Positions 12,828 to 22,301 of a stretch of 64,000 bases of DNA are shown piece by piece. Made by a program: the position numbers and the translations under genes. Source of the DNA: Candidatus Marinacidobacterales bacterium (GTDB lineage: Bacteria; Acidobacteriota; Vicinamibacteria; Marinacidobacterales; DATDRI01); assembly GCA_965226495.1 (NCBI GenBank), contig OZ245365.1:2016001-2080000 (forward strand), read 5' to 3'. Positions within the stretch are counted from its first letter, which is position 1, and the number at the start of each line of letters is the position of its first letter. The notes beneath the pieces are model-generated. The model did no database searches. It was given only the letters and a program-made list of their open reading frames with translations, and was not told the origin of the DNA.

Positions 12828-14018
12828 TTGCACCGCACCAAGTACGGACATGGAAGGCAGCTCGCGGGTATCCGTCGGGGTTCGCCGGTTGCGCCGAAGA
12901 GAAGATCGCGCAAGAGTTCGGCCGAGGTAGAGCCTCCTCAGCACGGACTCGGGTTCGAGGCCTTCATTCCTCTTGCCGATCGCGAGCAGTTTCCTTTCCC
13001 TCGACTTCTCGGTCCCGCCGCCGGCGTCGAACTGACGGTTTCAGAAGGCCTTGCACTCAGCAGCAGCCGCCGAGAAGGGTTTCTGGCCTCGACCATTCTC
13101 CACTTGATCCTCTTCATCATTGTGATCGTGAAGCCCGACTTGTTGGCCCCCTCCGATCGTGCGCTCAACATACCTGAAGAGGAAAAGGCACCTCTGGTCT
13201 TGTTTATGGAGCCGCCCGCTCCCGCTTCTGGTTCGCCGCTTGTCGTGCCCGCTCTCCCTCCTCCTCCTCAATCTCAGAATCCCAATCGAATGATGATTCC
13301 CAAGGCGACGAAGCCCGCCCCGCCCGACAAACGACAGGACTTCCAAACCGATTTACCATTCTCGGAAGGCAATGTAGACGAGTTTTACACCGAAAAAGAG
13401 CTCGAGGATCCCGGTGAGGAGGGTGATGAAGGTGAGCCGGACGCTCTCGAGGGCGAGGGAGAAGGAGAAGAGCAGACGGAAACCAAGCTTGCCGATCTAC
13501 TTCCGAAAGACCGGTTCTCATTTACGCAGCCGAGGGTGGAGCCCGAGCCACGAACACCACTTCCCCCGGCCGGCGGCAACGGCGATCTGGGTGAGGACGG
13601 TGGAGGAGGGCCATTCGAAGACATTCGTCGTTTCATGCAAGGTAAGCAATTTCACAACCCGGAAGGCGGCTTGGTCACCGGGCGCAACAACACGCTCTAC
13701 TACGACGACAAAGGAGCCGATTTCATACCCTGGCTTCGCCGCATGTTGGCGGAAGTGCGTCGCAATTGGTTGCCCCCCGTCTCGGCCTACTGGCAGTCTG
13801 GGCACGTCGCGGTGGCGGTCTCGGTTCTTCGCACCGGTGAGGTCAACGGGCTCCAGATCATGGTTCCTTCTGGAACCCGGGCACTGGATAATGCCGCCTC
13901 GGGCGCGCTTCGGGCCGCGCAATTGTTGCCGTTGCCTCCCGACTACCCCGACGCTCGCTTCGACTTCGTTCTCGTATTTTGGTACAACGAGCGCCCTTAC
14001 GATCTCTTCCCGCGCTAG
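12828..14018 (+). CDS. TonB/TolA C-terminal domain membrane protein (energy transducer-like)
   Basis: TM helix with S..LH (STILHLILFII), Pro/acidic linker, C-terminal V.RNW..P...SG..ALD.AA..AL TonB_2-like domain; start uncertain. Confidence 0.75.
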   Translation: MHRTKYGHGRQLAGIRRGSPVAPKRRSRKSSAEVEPPQHGLGFEAFIPLADREQFPFPRLLGPAAGVELTVSEGLALSSSRREGFLASTILHLILFIIVIVKPDLLAPSDRALNIPEEEKAPLVLFMEPPAPASGSPLVVPALPPPPQSQNPNRMMIPKATKPAPPDKRQDFQTDLPFSEGNVDEFYTEKELEDPGEEGDEGEPDALEGEGEGEEQTETKLADLLPKDRFSFTQPRVEPEPRTPLPPAGGNGDLGEDGGGGPFEDIRRFMQGKQFHNPEGGLVTGRNNTLYYDDKGADFIPWLRRMLAEVRRNWLPPVSAYWQSGHVAVAVSVLRTGEVNGLQIMVPSGTRALDNAASGALRAAQLLPLPPDYPDARFDFVLVFWYNERPYDLFPR

Positions 14019-16267
14019 TGCCTCGCAAATCAGTCCTGTTCTCGCTGTTTGTCGTCTCCGCTTGTGGCGGCAAAGCGCCCCCGCCCGCGCCACCACCGCA
14101 ATCCGTGCCTCCGGCGGCCGCAGCTCCCGCTAGCTCCGGGGAAACCGAGGTTCCCTCGCTACCGATTCCGATTGACCGTTTGGCGCCTCGACCCCGGATC
14201 CGAGTCGGGCTCACGACGCGAGCCGAGGTGGTTCGATTGACGGCGCCGCAACCCTTCTTCCTATCCGCCGGCGACCAGAAGTTACGGACACACGATCTGC
14301 TCGTGGAGAGGGAACTGTTAGTGGGCGCCGAAGGAGTCGTTTTCCGTGTACAAATTGCGTCGTCACCGGACCGCGAACGGGCGGAGAATCTCTTGCGAAC
14401 GATCGAAGACGAAACGGGAACTTCTGGAGACATAGCCCGGGAGGCGAGCAGCGGAAGGTTCGCAGTCCGTGTTGGCAGCTGGAGTACCCGGCAGGGGGCC
14501 GCGGCAGAAAAAGAGGCGCTGGCGCGAAAAGGCTACGAGGGTTTACGAGTCGTTTCCGAGCCCTCGAGCTCCCAGCGCCCGCGACGCCTTGTGTTGCGAC
14601 CGAGGGGGTCCCCTCCAATTTTCACCAGTGAGATGGCGCTGACGGCCTGGCCGGCCTCGTCCGACGCGTGGCTCGAAGTGGACGAGGCGCCGTATCGTGG
14701 AGTGATCGAGATTCGCGTGAATGCCTCGAACCGTTTCACGGTGATCAACGAGTTGAACCTCGAGGATTACTTGAAGGGCGTTGTTCCTGCAGAGCTATCG
14801 CCGGCGGTTTTTCCTGAGCTCGAAGCCATCAAGGCGCAGGCCGTCGCCGCTCGCACATATGCCGTGAAACACCGTGGGCAATTTCGCGCCGAGGGGTTCG
14901 ACATATGTGATACACCGGCCTGCCAGGTTTACCAAGGTGCGGGAGTCGAACAACGTATGAGCAACGAGGCCGTCGCCGCCACGCGGGGGGAGTTGTTGAC
15001 CTATGAGGGCAAGCCGGTGGATGCGATGTACACGTCGACTTGCGGCGGACGTACGGAAAACGTCGAGAACGTGTTCAACGGTGCTTCTTTTCCTTATCTC
15101 GTGAGCAAGCTGTGTTATCAGGAATCGCCCATCGTCGAGGTTCGCGCCACGGTGTCCAAGCCGTCGAGCCCCGAGTTGGCCGGCGCGGTGACTCTCGGTG
15201 TGATACCCGAGGGGGAGCTTGCGGCATTGGAAGTGTCTCAGCCGGCCACGGAGACCGAGTTTGCCCGCTGGTCGGCGAGCGCGTTTAGGAGCTTGGGGCA
15301 AAAACAATGCAAGGCGATTTCGGAAGGAAACGGAGAGGTGAGCGCCGGCCAGTTCGCCCGTTCCCTTGCGGGCGCTCTCTGCTGGGAGGGGCGACTTCCA
15401 TTTCTGCTGTCGAACCTGGATACCGATCGTTTGGTGCCAACCGTGGATGCCCCTAACCTTTCTGCGGGGGAGCGACGCATGCTCGCCCACTGGATCGAAG
15501 AAGGGGTGGTTCAGCCTCCCAAGGATGGATTGGATCCGCAACGAGCGCTGTCTCGGCGCGAGGTATTGGAGAGTCTCTATCGCCTTCTTATCACTCGCGG
15601 TGAGCCTCTGTTGCGCTCGGCCCGCTTCCTCGGCCTCGAGGACGCGCAGCTGCGGTTGGAGGTGGACGATTCAGAGGAACTGTTGAAGCTCGCCCGGCGA
15701 CGCTATTTGTTTCGGCAGGTAGGCGACTGGACGTACTTTTCTCCGCATCTGTCCGTCATGCCGGGTGACCGCGTTCAGTTTCACGACGGTGACGAGGGCA
15801 TCGACCTTTTGGTGTTGCTATCGCGGGGTGGGAGTTTCGATCGTTCTTCGCGCTTTTCCCGGTGGGTGGTGAGAAAGACGAGTGCAGAGCTCACTGAGAG
15901 TGTCAGCGCCCGCGCTTCGGTTGGACAAGTGACCGACTTGAGGCCTTTGCGGTACGGCCGTTCCGGCCGAGTGGCGGAGCTCGAGGTGGTAGGTACGGAA
16001 GGCTCTACCGTGTTGATCGGCTTGGCCATCCGTCGGGGATTGGGCCTCCGGGAGAACCTCTTTTTCGTAGATCGCCAACTCGGCCCGGACGAGCAGGTGA
16101 CGGCCTGGGTCTTTACCGGCCGCGGATGGGGACACGGGGTAGGCCTTTGTCAGGTCGGCGCCTACGGAATGGCCGCCGCGGGTCATGATTATAGAGACAT
16201 CTTAGCTCATTACTATTCCGGCACGACGATTTCCCTCGACGTTCCGGTGACCTCCAAGGTACGCTGA
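14018..16267 (+). CDS. SpoIID/LytB domain lipoprotein with SPOR-like domain (peptidoglycan lytic transglycosylase)
   Basis: Lipobox VSAC, LEDYLKGVVPAE, EAIKAQAVAARTY, GRGWGHGVGLCQVGA..MA, IL.HYY. Confidence 0.88.
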   Translation: MPRKSVLFSLFVVSACGGKAPPPAPPPQSVPPAAAAPASSGETEVPSLPIPIDRLAPRPRIRVGLTTRAEVVRLTAPQPFFLSAGDQKLRTHDLLVERELLVGAEGVVFRVQIASSPDRERAENLLRTIEDETGTSGDIAREASSGRFAVRVGSWSTRQGAAAEKEALARKGYEGLRVVSEPSSSQRPRRLVLRPRGSPPIFTSEMALTAWPASSDAWLEVDEAPYRGVIEIRVNASNRFTVINELNLEDYLKGVVPAELSPAVFPELEAIKAQAVAARTYAVKHRGQFRAEGFDICDTPACQVYQGAGVEQRMSNEAVAATRGELLTYEGKPVDAMYTSTCGGRTENVENVFNGASFPYLVSKLCYQESPIVEVRATVSKPSSPELAGAVTLGVIPEGELAALEVSQPATETEFARWSASAFRSLGQKQCKAISEGNGEVSAGQFARSLAGALCWEGRLPFLLSNLDTDRLVPTVDAPNLSAGERRMLAHWIEEGVVQPPKDGLDPQRALSRREVLESLYRLLITRGEPLLRSARFLGLEDAQLRLEVDDSEELLKLARRRYLFRQVGDWTYFSPHLSVMPGDRVQFHDGDEGIDLLVLLSRGGSFDRSSRFSRWVVRKTSAELTESVSARASVGQVTDLRPLRYGRSGRVAELEVVGTEGSTVLIGLAIRRGLGLRENLFFVDRQLGPDEQVTAWVFTGRGWGHGVGLCQVGAYGMAAAGHDYRDILAHYYSGTTISLDVPVTSKVR

Positions 16268-16292
16268 GCGCTCTCACCGCCGCGCCCAGAAG

Positions 16293-16321
16293 TTGACAAG
16301 CTTCGCCGCCTCCAATAGCAT
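16293..16321 (+). promoter_or_regulatory. sigma70-type promoter for the DUF4388-miaA-hfq-deoB run
   Basis: TTGACA-17 bp-TAGCAT. Confidence 0.6.
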
Positions 16322-16345
16322 TGTCGGATACCCAACCTGCCCATT

Positions 16346-17476
16346 ATGTCAGCATTCGAAGTAACTAGTGCGGAAGAGCTAACCAAGGGTGGCATCCTGC
16401 GGGGACGCCTCGCGGATGTCAGTCTTCCGGAGATGCTCATTTTTCTCAAGGTCTCTGAGAGGACCGGCGTACTCTCGGTAGTGCAGACTGGTGTGCGCAA
16501 GGCCCTCTATTTTCTCGAGGGGAATGTTGTGTTCGCGGCCTCCAGCTTGAGCCAGGACCGGCTCGGCGAGGTATTGCTGCGGGGCGGCAAGATCTCCGCC
16601 GACGAGTACCTACAGCTATCGCAACGAATCCGTGGGGGACAACGTCTGGGGAAGGCGCTCATCGAAAGCGGTGTGCTTGCTCCCCGCGACCTCTGGTGGG
16701 GAATCGAGCAACAGGTGCGGGAGATCGTGTGGGGTCTCTTCACGTGGGAAGAGGGCTCCTTTCAGTTCGAGGAAAGCGACCGGCCGCGCGGCGAAAAAAT
16801 CACCATCAATCTCGAGGTCGAGAGCCTGATCGTCGAGGGAATCCGCCGCATCAGTGGTTCTGGAGCGATCAGCAGCCATTTCGTTCCGGTAGACACGATT
16901 CTGGAAAGAGCCGAGAAGATGTCACCGATTGCCCTGGAAGCCTACGAAGAGCACGTCGTGCGACACGTGAACGGCCTTCGAACGGTTGCCGAGATCTGCA
17001 AGGAGAGCGAGATCGGGGAGGCGGAAACCCGTAAAGTGCTCTATGCTTTCATGTCGGTGGGGGTCGTATCAGTCAAGGGACGCAAGCATGCACCGCTCGA
17101 TCCGGAAGCTATCGAGCGGGCCGACTATCGGGGAATGGTCGAGCTCTACAACGAAATGTACAAATATCTGTTTCGCCACATGTCGGGCGAAGTGGGTCCG
17201 ATTGCAGAGATCATCCTCGAGAAGTACTTGGGCGAGCTGAAAGGACGACCGCACTCGCTTTTCGAACGGGCGAGGTTGCGCCGGGACGGCTCCCTCGATC
17301 CACACCAGATCGAATTGAATGTGTCGCGTTTGAAACCGTTCGAACGTCGGAACCATTTGGTCGAAGCCCTCAATGAGCTTCTTTATGCGGAGCTCCTGGC
17401 CGTCAAACGAACGCTTGGCGCATCTCATGAGGCTCAACTCATCCAGAGTTTCCGGACGATGAGGGGAGATAAGTGA
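16346..17476 (+). CDS. DUF4388 (PATAN-like) domain protein
   Basis: LRGRLADVSLPEML...TGVL...LYF.EG...DRLGEVL...LFTWEEGSFQF pattern. Confidence 0.8.
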   Translation: MSAFEVTSAEELTKGGILRGRLADVSLPEMLIFLKVSERTGVLSVVQTGVRKALYFLEGNVVFAASSLSQDRLGEVLLRGGKISADEYLQLSQRIRGGQRLGKALIESGVLAPRDLWWGIEQQVREIVWGLFTWEEGSFQFEESDRPRGEKITINLEVESLIVEGIRRISGSGAISSHFVPVDTILERAEKMSPIALEAYEEHVVRHVNGLRTVAEICKESEIGEAETRKVLYAFMSVGVVSVKGRKHAPLDPEAIERADYRGMVELYNEMYKYLFRHMSGEVGPIAEIILEKYLGELKGRPHSLFERARLRRDGSLDPHQIELNVSRLKPFERRNHLVEALNELLYAELLAVKRTLGASHEAQLIQSFRTMRGDK

Positions 17477-17655
17477 GCTCGCGTGGGTTCCTCGGACGCC
17501 GGTTTCCGCGTGACTGGACGAAAGCGGCTCAATCTCTCTTGAATCGTGCTGAAGCTTCCTCACTTCCCAGACTCCAAACGGCGGAAATCTACGGGGCGAT
17601 CACGCTGGGCGGGTTACTCGTCCTTCTCCTCATCGGACGCTGGCTCATCGGATGA
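17473..17655 (+). CDS. Small hypothetical membrane protein (60 aa)
   Basis: 4-bp overlaps with both neighbours (GTGA, ATGA); C-terminal hydrophobic helix. Confidence 0.55.
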   Translation: MSSRGFLGRRFPRDWTKAAQSLLNRAEASSLPRLQTAEIYGAITLGGLLVLLLIGRWLIG

Positions 17656-18734
17656 GACCGTCGAGTCTGGTTGCTATAGTCGGACCTACCGGTTCTGGTA
17701 AGAGTGCGTTGGCGTTACGCCTTGCCGAAGTATTCGGTGGAGAGATCGTTGGTTGCGACGCGCTTCAAGTTTACAGGGGAGCGGACATCGGAACCGGAAA
17801 GTTGGCCGTCTCCGAGCGTAGAGGAATTCCCCACCATCTTCTCGACGTTGCCGACCCGTCCCGCGATTTCTCGGCTGCGAGCTACATTCGACTCGCGGCG
17901 CCGATCGTCAAGGATATCGACCAGCGCGGCGGACTACCTCTCGTGGTCGGAGGGACGGGACTTTATTTGAGGGCGCTGCTTCACGGTTTGTTCGATGGAC
18001 CGGGTCGAGACCCCAAGCTACGGAGCCGGCTCGCAGCCATCGCGGGTCGTCGCGGCTCTCGATTCGTTCACCGTATGTTGTTGCGTCTCGATCCCGTGTC
18101 TGCGAAACGGATTCACGAGAACGATACGGTGCGGGCCGTTCGGGCCTTGGAAGTCAGTCTACTAGCCAAGCGCCCGATGAGCGATATGATGAGAGAGCGA
18201 ACGAGACCTCTGATAGGCTACCGCGTCGTTATAATTGGGATCACGCCAGCTCGGCAAGAACTGGCTGGTCGGATCGAAGCTCGGATCGCCGAGATGTTCG
18301 CCGGCGGATTGATCGACGAAGTGCGGGGTCTGGTGAGCGAGTTCGGCTCCGACGCGCCGGTACTCAAGGCGATCGGCTATCGTCAGGTGGCACAGTACCT
18401 CGCGGGTGAGTGCAATCTCGAAAGGGCACGACACTTGACTCTCAAGGCGACGCTTCAATACGCGAAACGTCAAATGACCTGGTTTCGCCGGGAAGAGGGT
18501 GTGGTTTGGTTCGCCGGTAGCGGTAATGAGCCTGAAGTAGTGGAGGCAATTGAGCAATACCTCGGTAGCCAAATAAAGACTCTTCATCCATTAATCCCGC
18601 TCCCTTCCGCCTCGGCTGCAGCTTCGGCGAGACCACGCCATAGCCGTTGTCACGCGGAGTATTCCAACGGCGAAGGCGGGTTGGGAGAGGGTCTGGGTGA
18701 GGGAGAAGGGGTGCATGCAAAAACAGCCTCCTAA
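17652..18734 (+). CDS. miaA: tRNA dimethylallyltransferase MiaA with repeat-derived C-terminal extension
   Basis: GPTGSGKS, DALQVYRG.DIGTGK, VGGTGLY, YAKRQMTWFR; followed by hfq. Confidence 0.96.
   Translation: MRPSSLVAIVGPTGSGKSALALRLAEVFGGEIVGCDALQVYRGADIGTGKLAVSERRGIPHHLLDVADPSRDFSAASYIRLAAPIVKDIDQRGGLPLVVGGTGLYLRALLHGLFDGPGRDPKLRSRLAAIAGRRGSRFVHRMLLRLDPVSAKRIHENDTVRAVRALEVSLLAKRPMSDMMRERTRPLIGYRVVIIGITPARQELAGRIEARIAEMFAGGLIDEVRGLVSEFGSDAPVLKAIGYRQVAQYLAGECNLERARHLTLKATLQYAKRQMTWFRREEGVVWFAGSGNEPEVVEAIEQYLGSQIKTLHPLIPLPSASAAASARPRHSRCHAEYSNGEGGLGEGLGEGEGVHAKTAS
18591..18707. repeat. Nested palindromic repeats inside the miaA 3' end
   Basis: Outer ttaatccc(g)ctccct...tgggagaggg(t)ctgggtgaggg matches 49819-49860; the inner insert has ccgcct/aggcgg and gccgttg/caacggc stems. 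Confidence 0.75.
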
Positions 18735-18978
18735 TATTCAAGATAGTTTCTTGAATCATGCCCGGCGCGAGCGGGTAAGCGTGATCGTTTATTTGATGAA
18801 CGGAACGAAACTCAGCGGGCGTATCAAGAGCTTCGATCGTTTTGCCATCATCATGGAAAACAACGGTATCGACCAGATGATCTTCAAGCACGCTATCTCT
18901 ACTATCAGCGGCACGAGGCAGTTCGGAAACTATCTCAACATGGACCCGGTAGTAGGAGATGCGGAGACGAAAGACTGA
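18715..18978 (+). CDS. hfq: RNA chaperone Hfq
   Basis: NIQDSFLN..RRE...YLMNG.KL.GRIKSFD.F...QMIFKHAISTI. Confidence 0.97.
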   Translation: MQKQPPNIQDSFLNHARRERVSVIVYLMNGTKLSGRIKSFDRFAIIMENNGIDQMIFKHAISTISGTRQFGNYLNMDPVVGDAETKD

Positions 18979-18984
18979 AGGCGC

Positions 18985-20169
18985 GTGACCAGAAGGGCCT
19001 TCTCACGTGCGATCGTTATCGTCATGGACGGCGTTGGAGTCGGCGAGCTCCCCGACGCCGCCGACTACGGTGACCGAGGAACGAACACTGTCGCCCATAT
19101 CGCCACCTCTCAAAACCTGAAAGTTCCTTTTCTCGCCAGCTTGGGGCTTGCCAAGCTCGTGCCCGACCTGCAGGCGCCCGAGTCCCTCACCGGTGCTTTC
19201 GGCAAGATGAACGAGGCCTCGCCGGGTAAGGACAGCACGACCGGCCACTGGGAGATGGCCGGCATCGTCCTCGAGAAGGCTTTTCTGACCTATCCGAAAG
19301 GGTTTCCAAACGAGCTGATCGAAGAGTTCGAAGAGCAGATCGGGCGTGAGACGCTGGGAAATCGAGCCGCGAGTGGAACGGTGATCATTCAAGAGCTGGG
19401 CGAAGAGCACCGGCGAACCGGCAAGCCCATCGTGTACACCTCGGCGGACAGCGTTTTTCAAATCGCGACCCATGAAGAAGTCGTTCCGATCGATGACCTC
19501 TACAAGATGTGCCAGATCGCCTTCGACCTTGCGGTCAAGGACTACGGCGTCGCGCGGATCATTGCCCGGCCTTTCCTCGGAGACAAAGCCGGTTCGTTCG
19601 CTAGGACGTCACGGCGTCGCGACTTCGTGCCCAAAGCCCCTCGGCCCACTTTGCTCGATCGAATGGCGGAGCACGATCTCGGCGTGTTCGGCGTAGGTAA
19701 GATCGAAGATCTTTTCGCCGGTTCAGGCGTCTCGGAGGCTGTTCACACCGAGAGTAACGCGCACGGCATTGCCGAGACGTTCAATGCGATGAAAAAGTCG
19801 GACGCTGATTTCATCTTTACCAACCTCGTCGATTTCGACCAACAGTATGGGCATCGGAACGACGTCCCTGGCTTCGCCCGCGCACTCGAGGAATTAGATC
19901 AAAGTCTTCCAGGGTTGATGGCGGCGGCAAGAGATGACGACCTCGTGCTCCTCACCGCTGACCATGGCTGTGATCCAACCACGCCCTCCACCGATCATTC
20001 CCGGGAATATGTTCCGTTGTTGGCCGCTGGCAAACGGGTGCGGGCAGGGGCCGACTTGGGCATCCGCAGTAGCTTTGCGGATCTTGGACAAAGCCTGGCC
20101 GAGAACTTCGGATTGGGCCAGCTCGGGGCTGGGGAGAGTTTTCTACAGGAGCTGCTGGCGAGCCGTTGA
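18985..20169 (+). CDS. deoB: Phosphopentomutase
   Basis: DGVGVGELPDA, GKDSTTGHWE, YTSADSVFQI, NLVDFD..YGHRND, ADHGCDPT..STDHSRE. Confidence 0.96.
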   Translation: MTRRAFSRAIVIVMDGVGVGELPDAADYGDRGTNTVAHIATSQNLKVPFLASLGLAKLVPDLQAPESLTGAFGKMNEASPGKDSTTGHWEMAGIVLEKAFLTYPKGFPNELIEEFEEQIGRETLGNRAASGTVIIQELGEEHRRTGKPIVYTSADSVFQIATHEEVVPIDDLYKMCQIAFDLAVKDYGVARIIARPFLGDKAGSFARTSRRRDFVPKAPRPTLLDRMAEHDLGVFGVGKIEDLFAGSGVSEAVHTESNAHGIAETFNAMKKSDADFIFTNLVDFDQQYGHRNDVPGFARALEELDQSLPGLMAAARDDDLVLLTADHGCDPTTPSTDHSREYVPLLAAGKRVRAGADLGIRSSFADLGQSLAENFGLGQLGAGESFLQELLASR

Positions 20170-20294
20170 CTGGGGCCCGTGGCTTTCGCGCATGACGCAG
20201 TAAATTTCAAATGTTTTGTTCGGCTCTCGTGGTCCATTGGACGCGTTTTATTAGGCTGCCCAGCCACTTACAGGCTTTGCCCCCGCGGCCAATC

Positions 20295-20322
20295 TTGACA
20301 GCCCTGGTCGCCGTGCTATAAT
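20295..20322 (+). promoter_or_regulatory. Consensus sigma70 promoter for yceD-rpmF-plsX-fab
   Basis: TTGACA-16 bp-TATAAT with TG extension. Confidence 0.75.
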
Positions 20323-20348
20323 GCCGGCGCTTAACCTAAGAGGCTGTT

Positions 20349-20972
20349 ATGTTTATCGACTTATCGCATGTGCCAGACGAAGGGCAAGAGGTCAAGCTCG
20401 GGGTTTCCGCCGAACAGTTGCCCATTGAAAAATCTGAGCTGCGGCTCGTAGATCGCGTCGAGCTCGCGGGCCGACTGGATCGTGTGGACAACGTGGCTTT
20501 TCGTCTGGGGGGCTCGTTCAACGCAACGGTGGAGCTTTCGTGCGTGCGCTGTTTGGAGCCACTTCGGCTCGAGTTGGATGAGTCTCTGGATCTCCTGTTT
20601 TTACCCCCGTCGGCAAACGTGGGGCCTGGTAAGCCTGATAAGCCTGATAAGCCTGATAACCCTCACAGGCCTGATAAGCCAGGTAGGGCCAGTAAGTCTA
20701 GCAGGTCCAGTAAGCCTGGCCGGCGGGACGAAGAGGGGGAGCTGAAGGATGAGGACCTCGCCGTCAGTTTCTACCAAGATGACAAGATCGATGTGGGTCT
20801 CTTGATAAGGGAGCAGGTTTATCTGGCTCTCCCGATGAAACCCATCTGCCGTGACGACTGCCAGGGCTTGTGCTCGGGGTGTGGCACGAACCTGAACTCG
20901 TCTTCCTGCAACTGTGCCCGTGAGGCAGTGGATCCTGGACTGGCCAGTCTCAAGACGCTCTTGAAGTTGTAA
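20349..20972 (+). CDS. yceD: YceD/DUF177 family protein
   Basis: C.RCL, LALPMKPIC..DC.GLC..CG.NLN...C.C; precedes rpmF. Confidence 0.92.
   Translation: MFIDLSHVPDEGQEVKLGVSAEQLPIEKSELRLVDRVELAGRLDRVDNVAFRLGGSFNATVELSCVRCLEPLRLELDESLDLLFLPPSANVGPGKPDKPDKPDNPHRPDKPGRASKSSRSSKPGRRDEEGELKDEDLAVSFYQDDKIDVGLLIREQVYLALPMKPICRDDCQGLCSGCGTNLNSSSCNCAREAVDPGLASLKTLLKL
20622..20720 (+). repeat. Degenerate 9-bp tandem repeat (about 11 units) in yceD
   Basis: aagcctgat x3 followed by diverging units, encoding (K/R)P(D/G). Confidence 0.85.
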
Positions 20973-21063
20973 TTGCCCGGCGGGGGGGCTCGACGTCACC
21001 CTGGCCGAAGAGATACGCGAGCAGTTCGTACAAGCTAGCTCGCCTCGAAAGGAGTTTACCGAA

Positions 21064-21246
21064 ATGCCGAATCCGAAACGGCGTCACTCGAAGAGTCGGC
21101 GCGACAAGCGGCGGACGCATGATGCTCTCGCCCAATGCGCTCGGTCTGAGTGTCCAAACTGCCATCAGCCGAAACTTCCTCACCGGGTGTGCCCAAGTTG
21201 TGGCTACTACAAAGGGAGCGCGGTCATGGAGGTCAAGGAAGCATAG
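21064..21246 (+). CDS. rpmF: 50S ribosomal protein L32
   Basis: MPNPKRRHSKSRRDKRR...CPNC..PKLPHRVCPSCGYY. Confidence 0.98.
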   Translation: MPNPKRRHSKSRRDKRRTHDALAQCARSECPNCHQPKLPHRVCPSCGYYKGSAVMEVKEA

Positions 21247-21282
21247 GCCAATCGGCTTTTCCGAGCGAGGCGGCTTCCCGTC

Positions 21283-22296
21283 GTGACGAATTGGACGATC
21301 GCCGTGGACGCGATGGGTGGCGACTTTGCGCCCCGAAACATTGTGCAAGGAGCCATTGCCGCACGGCGGGAGTACGGCGTCGCTCTGGCGCTGGTGGGCC
21401 GCGAGGCTGAGCTGCACCGGGAGCTTGGACCAGAGGCCCGCGAGATCGAGATCGTGGATGCGCCGGAGGTCGTGGCGATGGACGAGCCGGCCCTCACCCC
21501 GATTCGAAAGAAGAAAAAGTCTTCGATTCGAGTGGCGGCGGAAATGGTGAAAGAAGGCCGTGCCGCGGGCTTTGTCTCTGCCGGGAACACCGGCGCCTCC
21601 ATGGCGACCGCCAAGTTGATCTGGGGGTGCCTGGAGGGAGTCGATCGACCGGCCCTGGCGACCGTTTTGCCTAGCGCGACAGGAGTATCGGTGCTTCTCG
21701 ATGCCGGTGCCAACGTGGAATGTCGCCCCGAGCATTTGGTGCAGTTCGCGGTAATGGGCCACGTTTATGCCAAGGCGGTGCTGAAGATCGACAGCCCTCG
21801 CGTCGGCCTGATGTCGATCGGGGAAGAGGACCTGAAAGGAAACGATCTAACGCGCGAGGCGTACCGGGTGTTGAAGGAAAGCCGACTCATTAAATTTATC
21901 GGCAACGTCGAAGGTCGACACGTCTTCAGCGGAGACGCGGATGTTATCGTGACCGACGGTTTCACCGGTAACGTTGCGCTCAAGGTTAGCGAAGCGGTGG
22001 CGGAAGCTTTGAGGCTGATGATTCGGCAAGAAATGACTCGCACCATGTTTTCGCGTCTCGCATATTTCGTCTCGCGGTCCGCCCTCGCCCGTTTCGAGAA
22101 ACGTGTCGACTACGGGGAGTACGGCGGAGCACCGCTTCTTGGTCTCAATGCGGTGGCCATCATTTGCCATGGGAGAAGCTCTTCGAAGGCGGTCAAGAAC
22201 GCCATTCGTGTGGCGCACGATTTCATCAGTCGCGGGAGCAATGAGCGAATCAACGAGGGGATCCGGGAGCTGGCGAGTGTGGGGCAGCAGGCGTGA
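21283..22296 (+). CDS. plsX: Phosphate acyltransferase PlsX
   Basis: IAVDAMGGDFAP, SAGNTGA, DGFTGNVALK, YGGAPLLG, HGRS. Confidence 0.97.
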   Translation: MTNWTIAVDAMGGDFAPRNIVQGAIAARREYGVALALVGREAELHRELGPEAREIEIVDAPEVVAMDEPALTPIRKKKKSSIRVAAEMVKEGRAAGFVSAGNTGASMATAKLIWGCLEGVDRPALATVLPSATGVSVLLDAGANVECRPEHLVQFAVMGHVYAKAVLKIDSPRVGLMSIGEEDLKGNDLTREAYRVLKESRLIKFIGNVEGRHVFSGDADVIVTDGFTGNVALKVSEAVAEALRLMIRQEMTRTMFSRLAYFVSRSALARFEKRVDYGEYGGAPLLGLNAVAIICHGRSSSKAVKNAIRVAHDFISRGSNERINEGIRELASVGQQA

Positions 22297-22301
22297 GCGG
22301 C

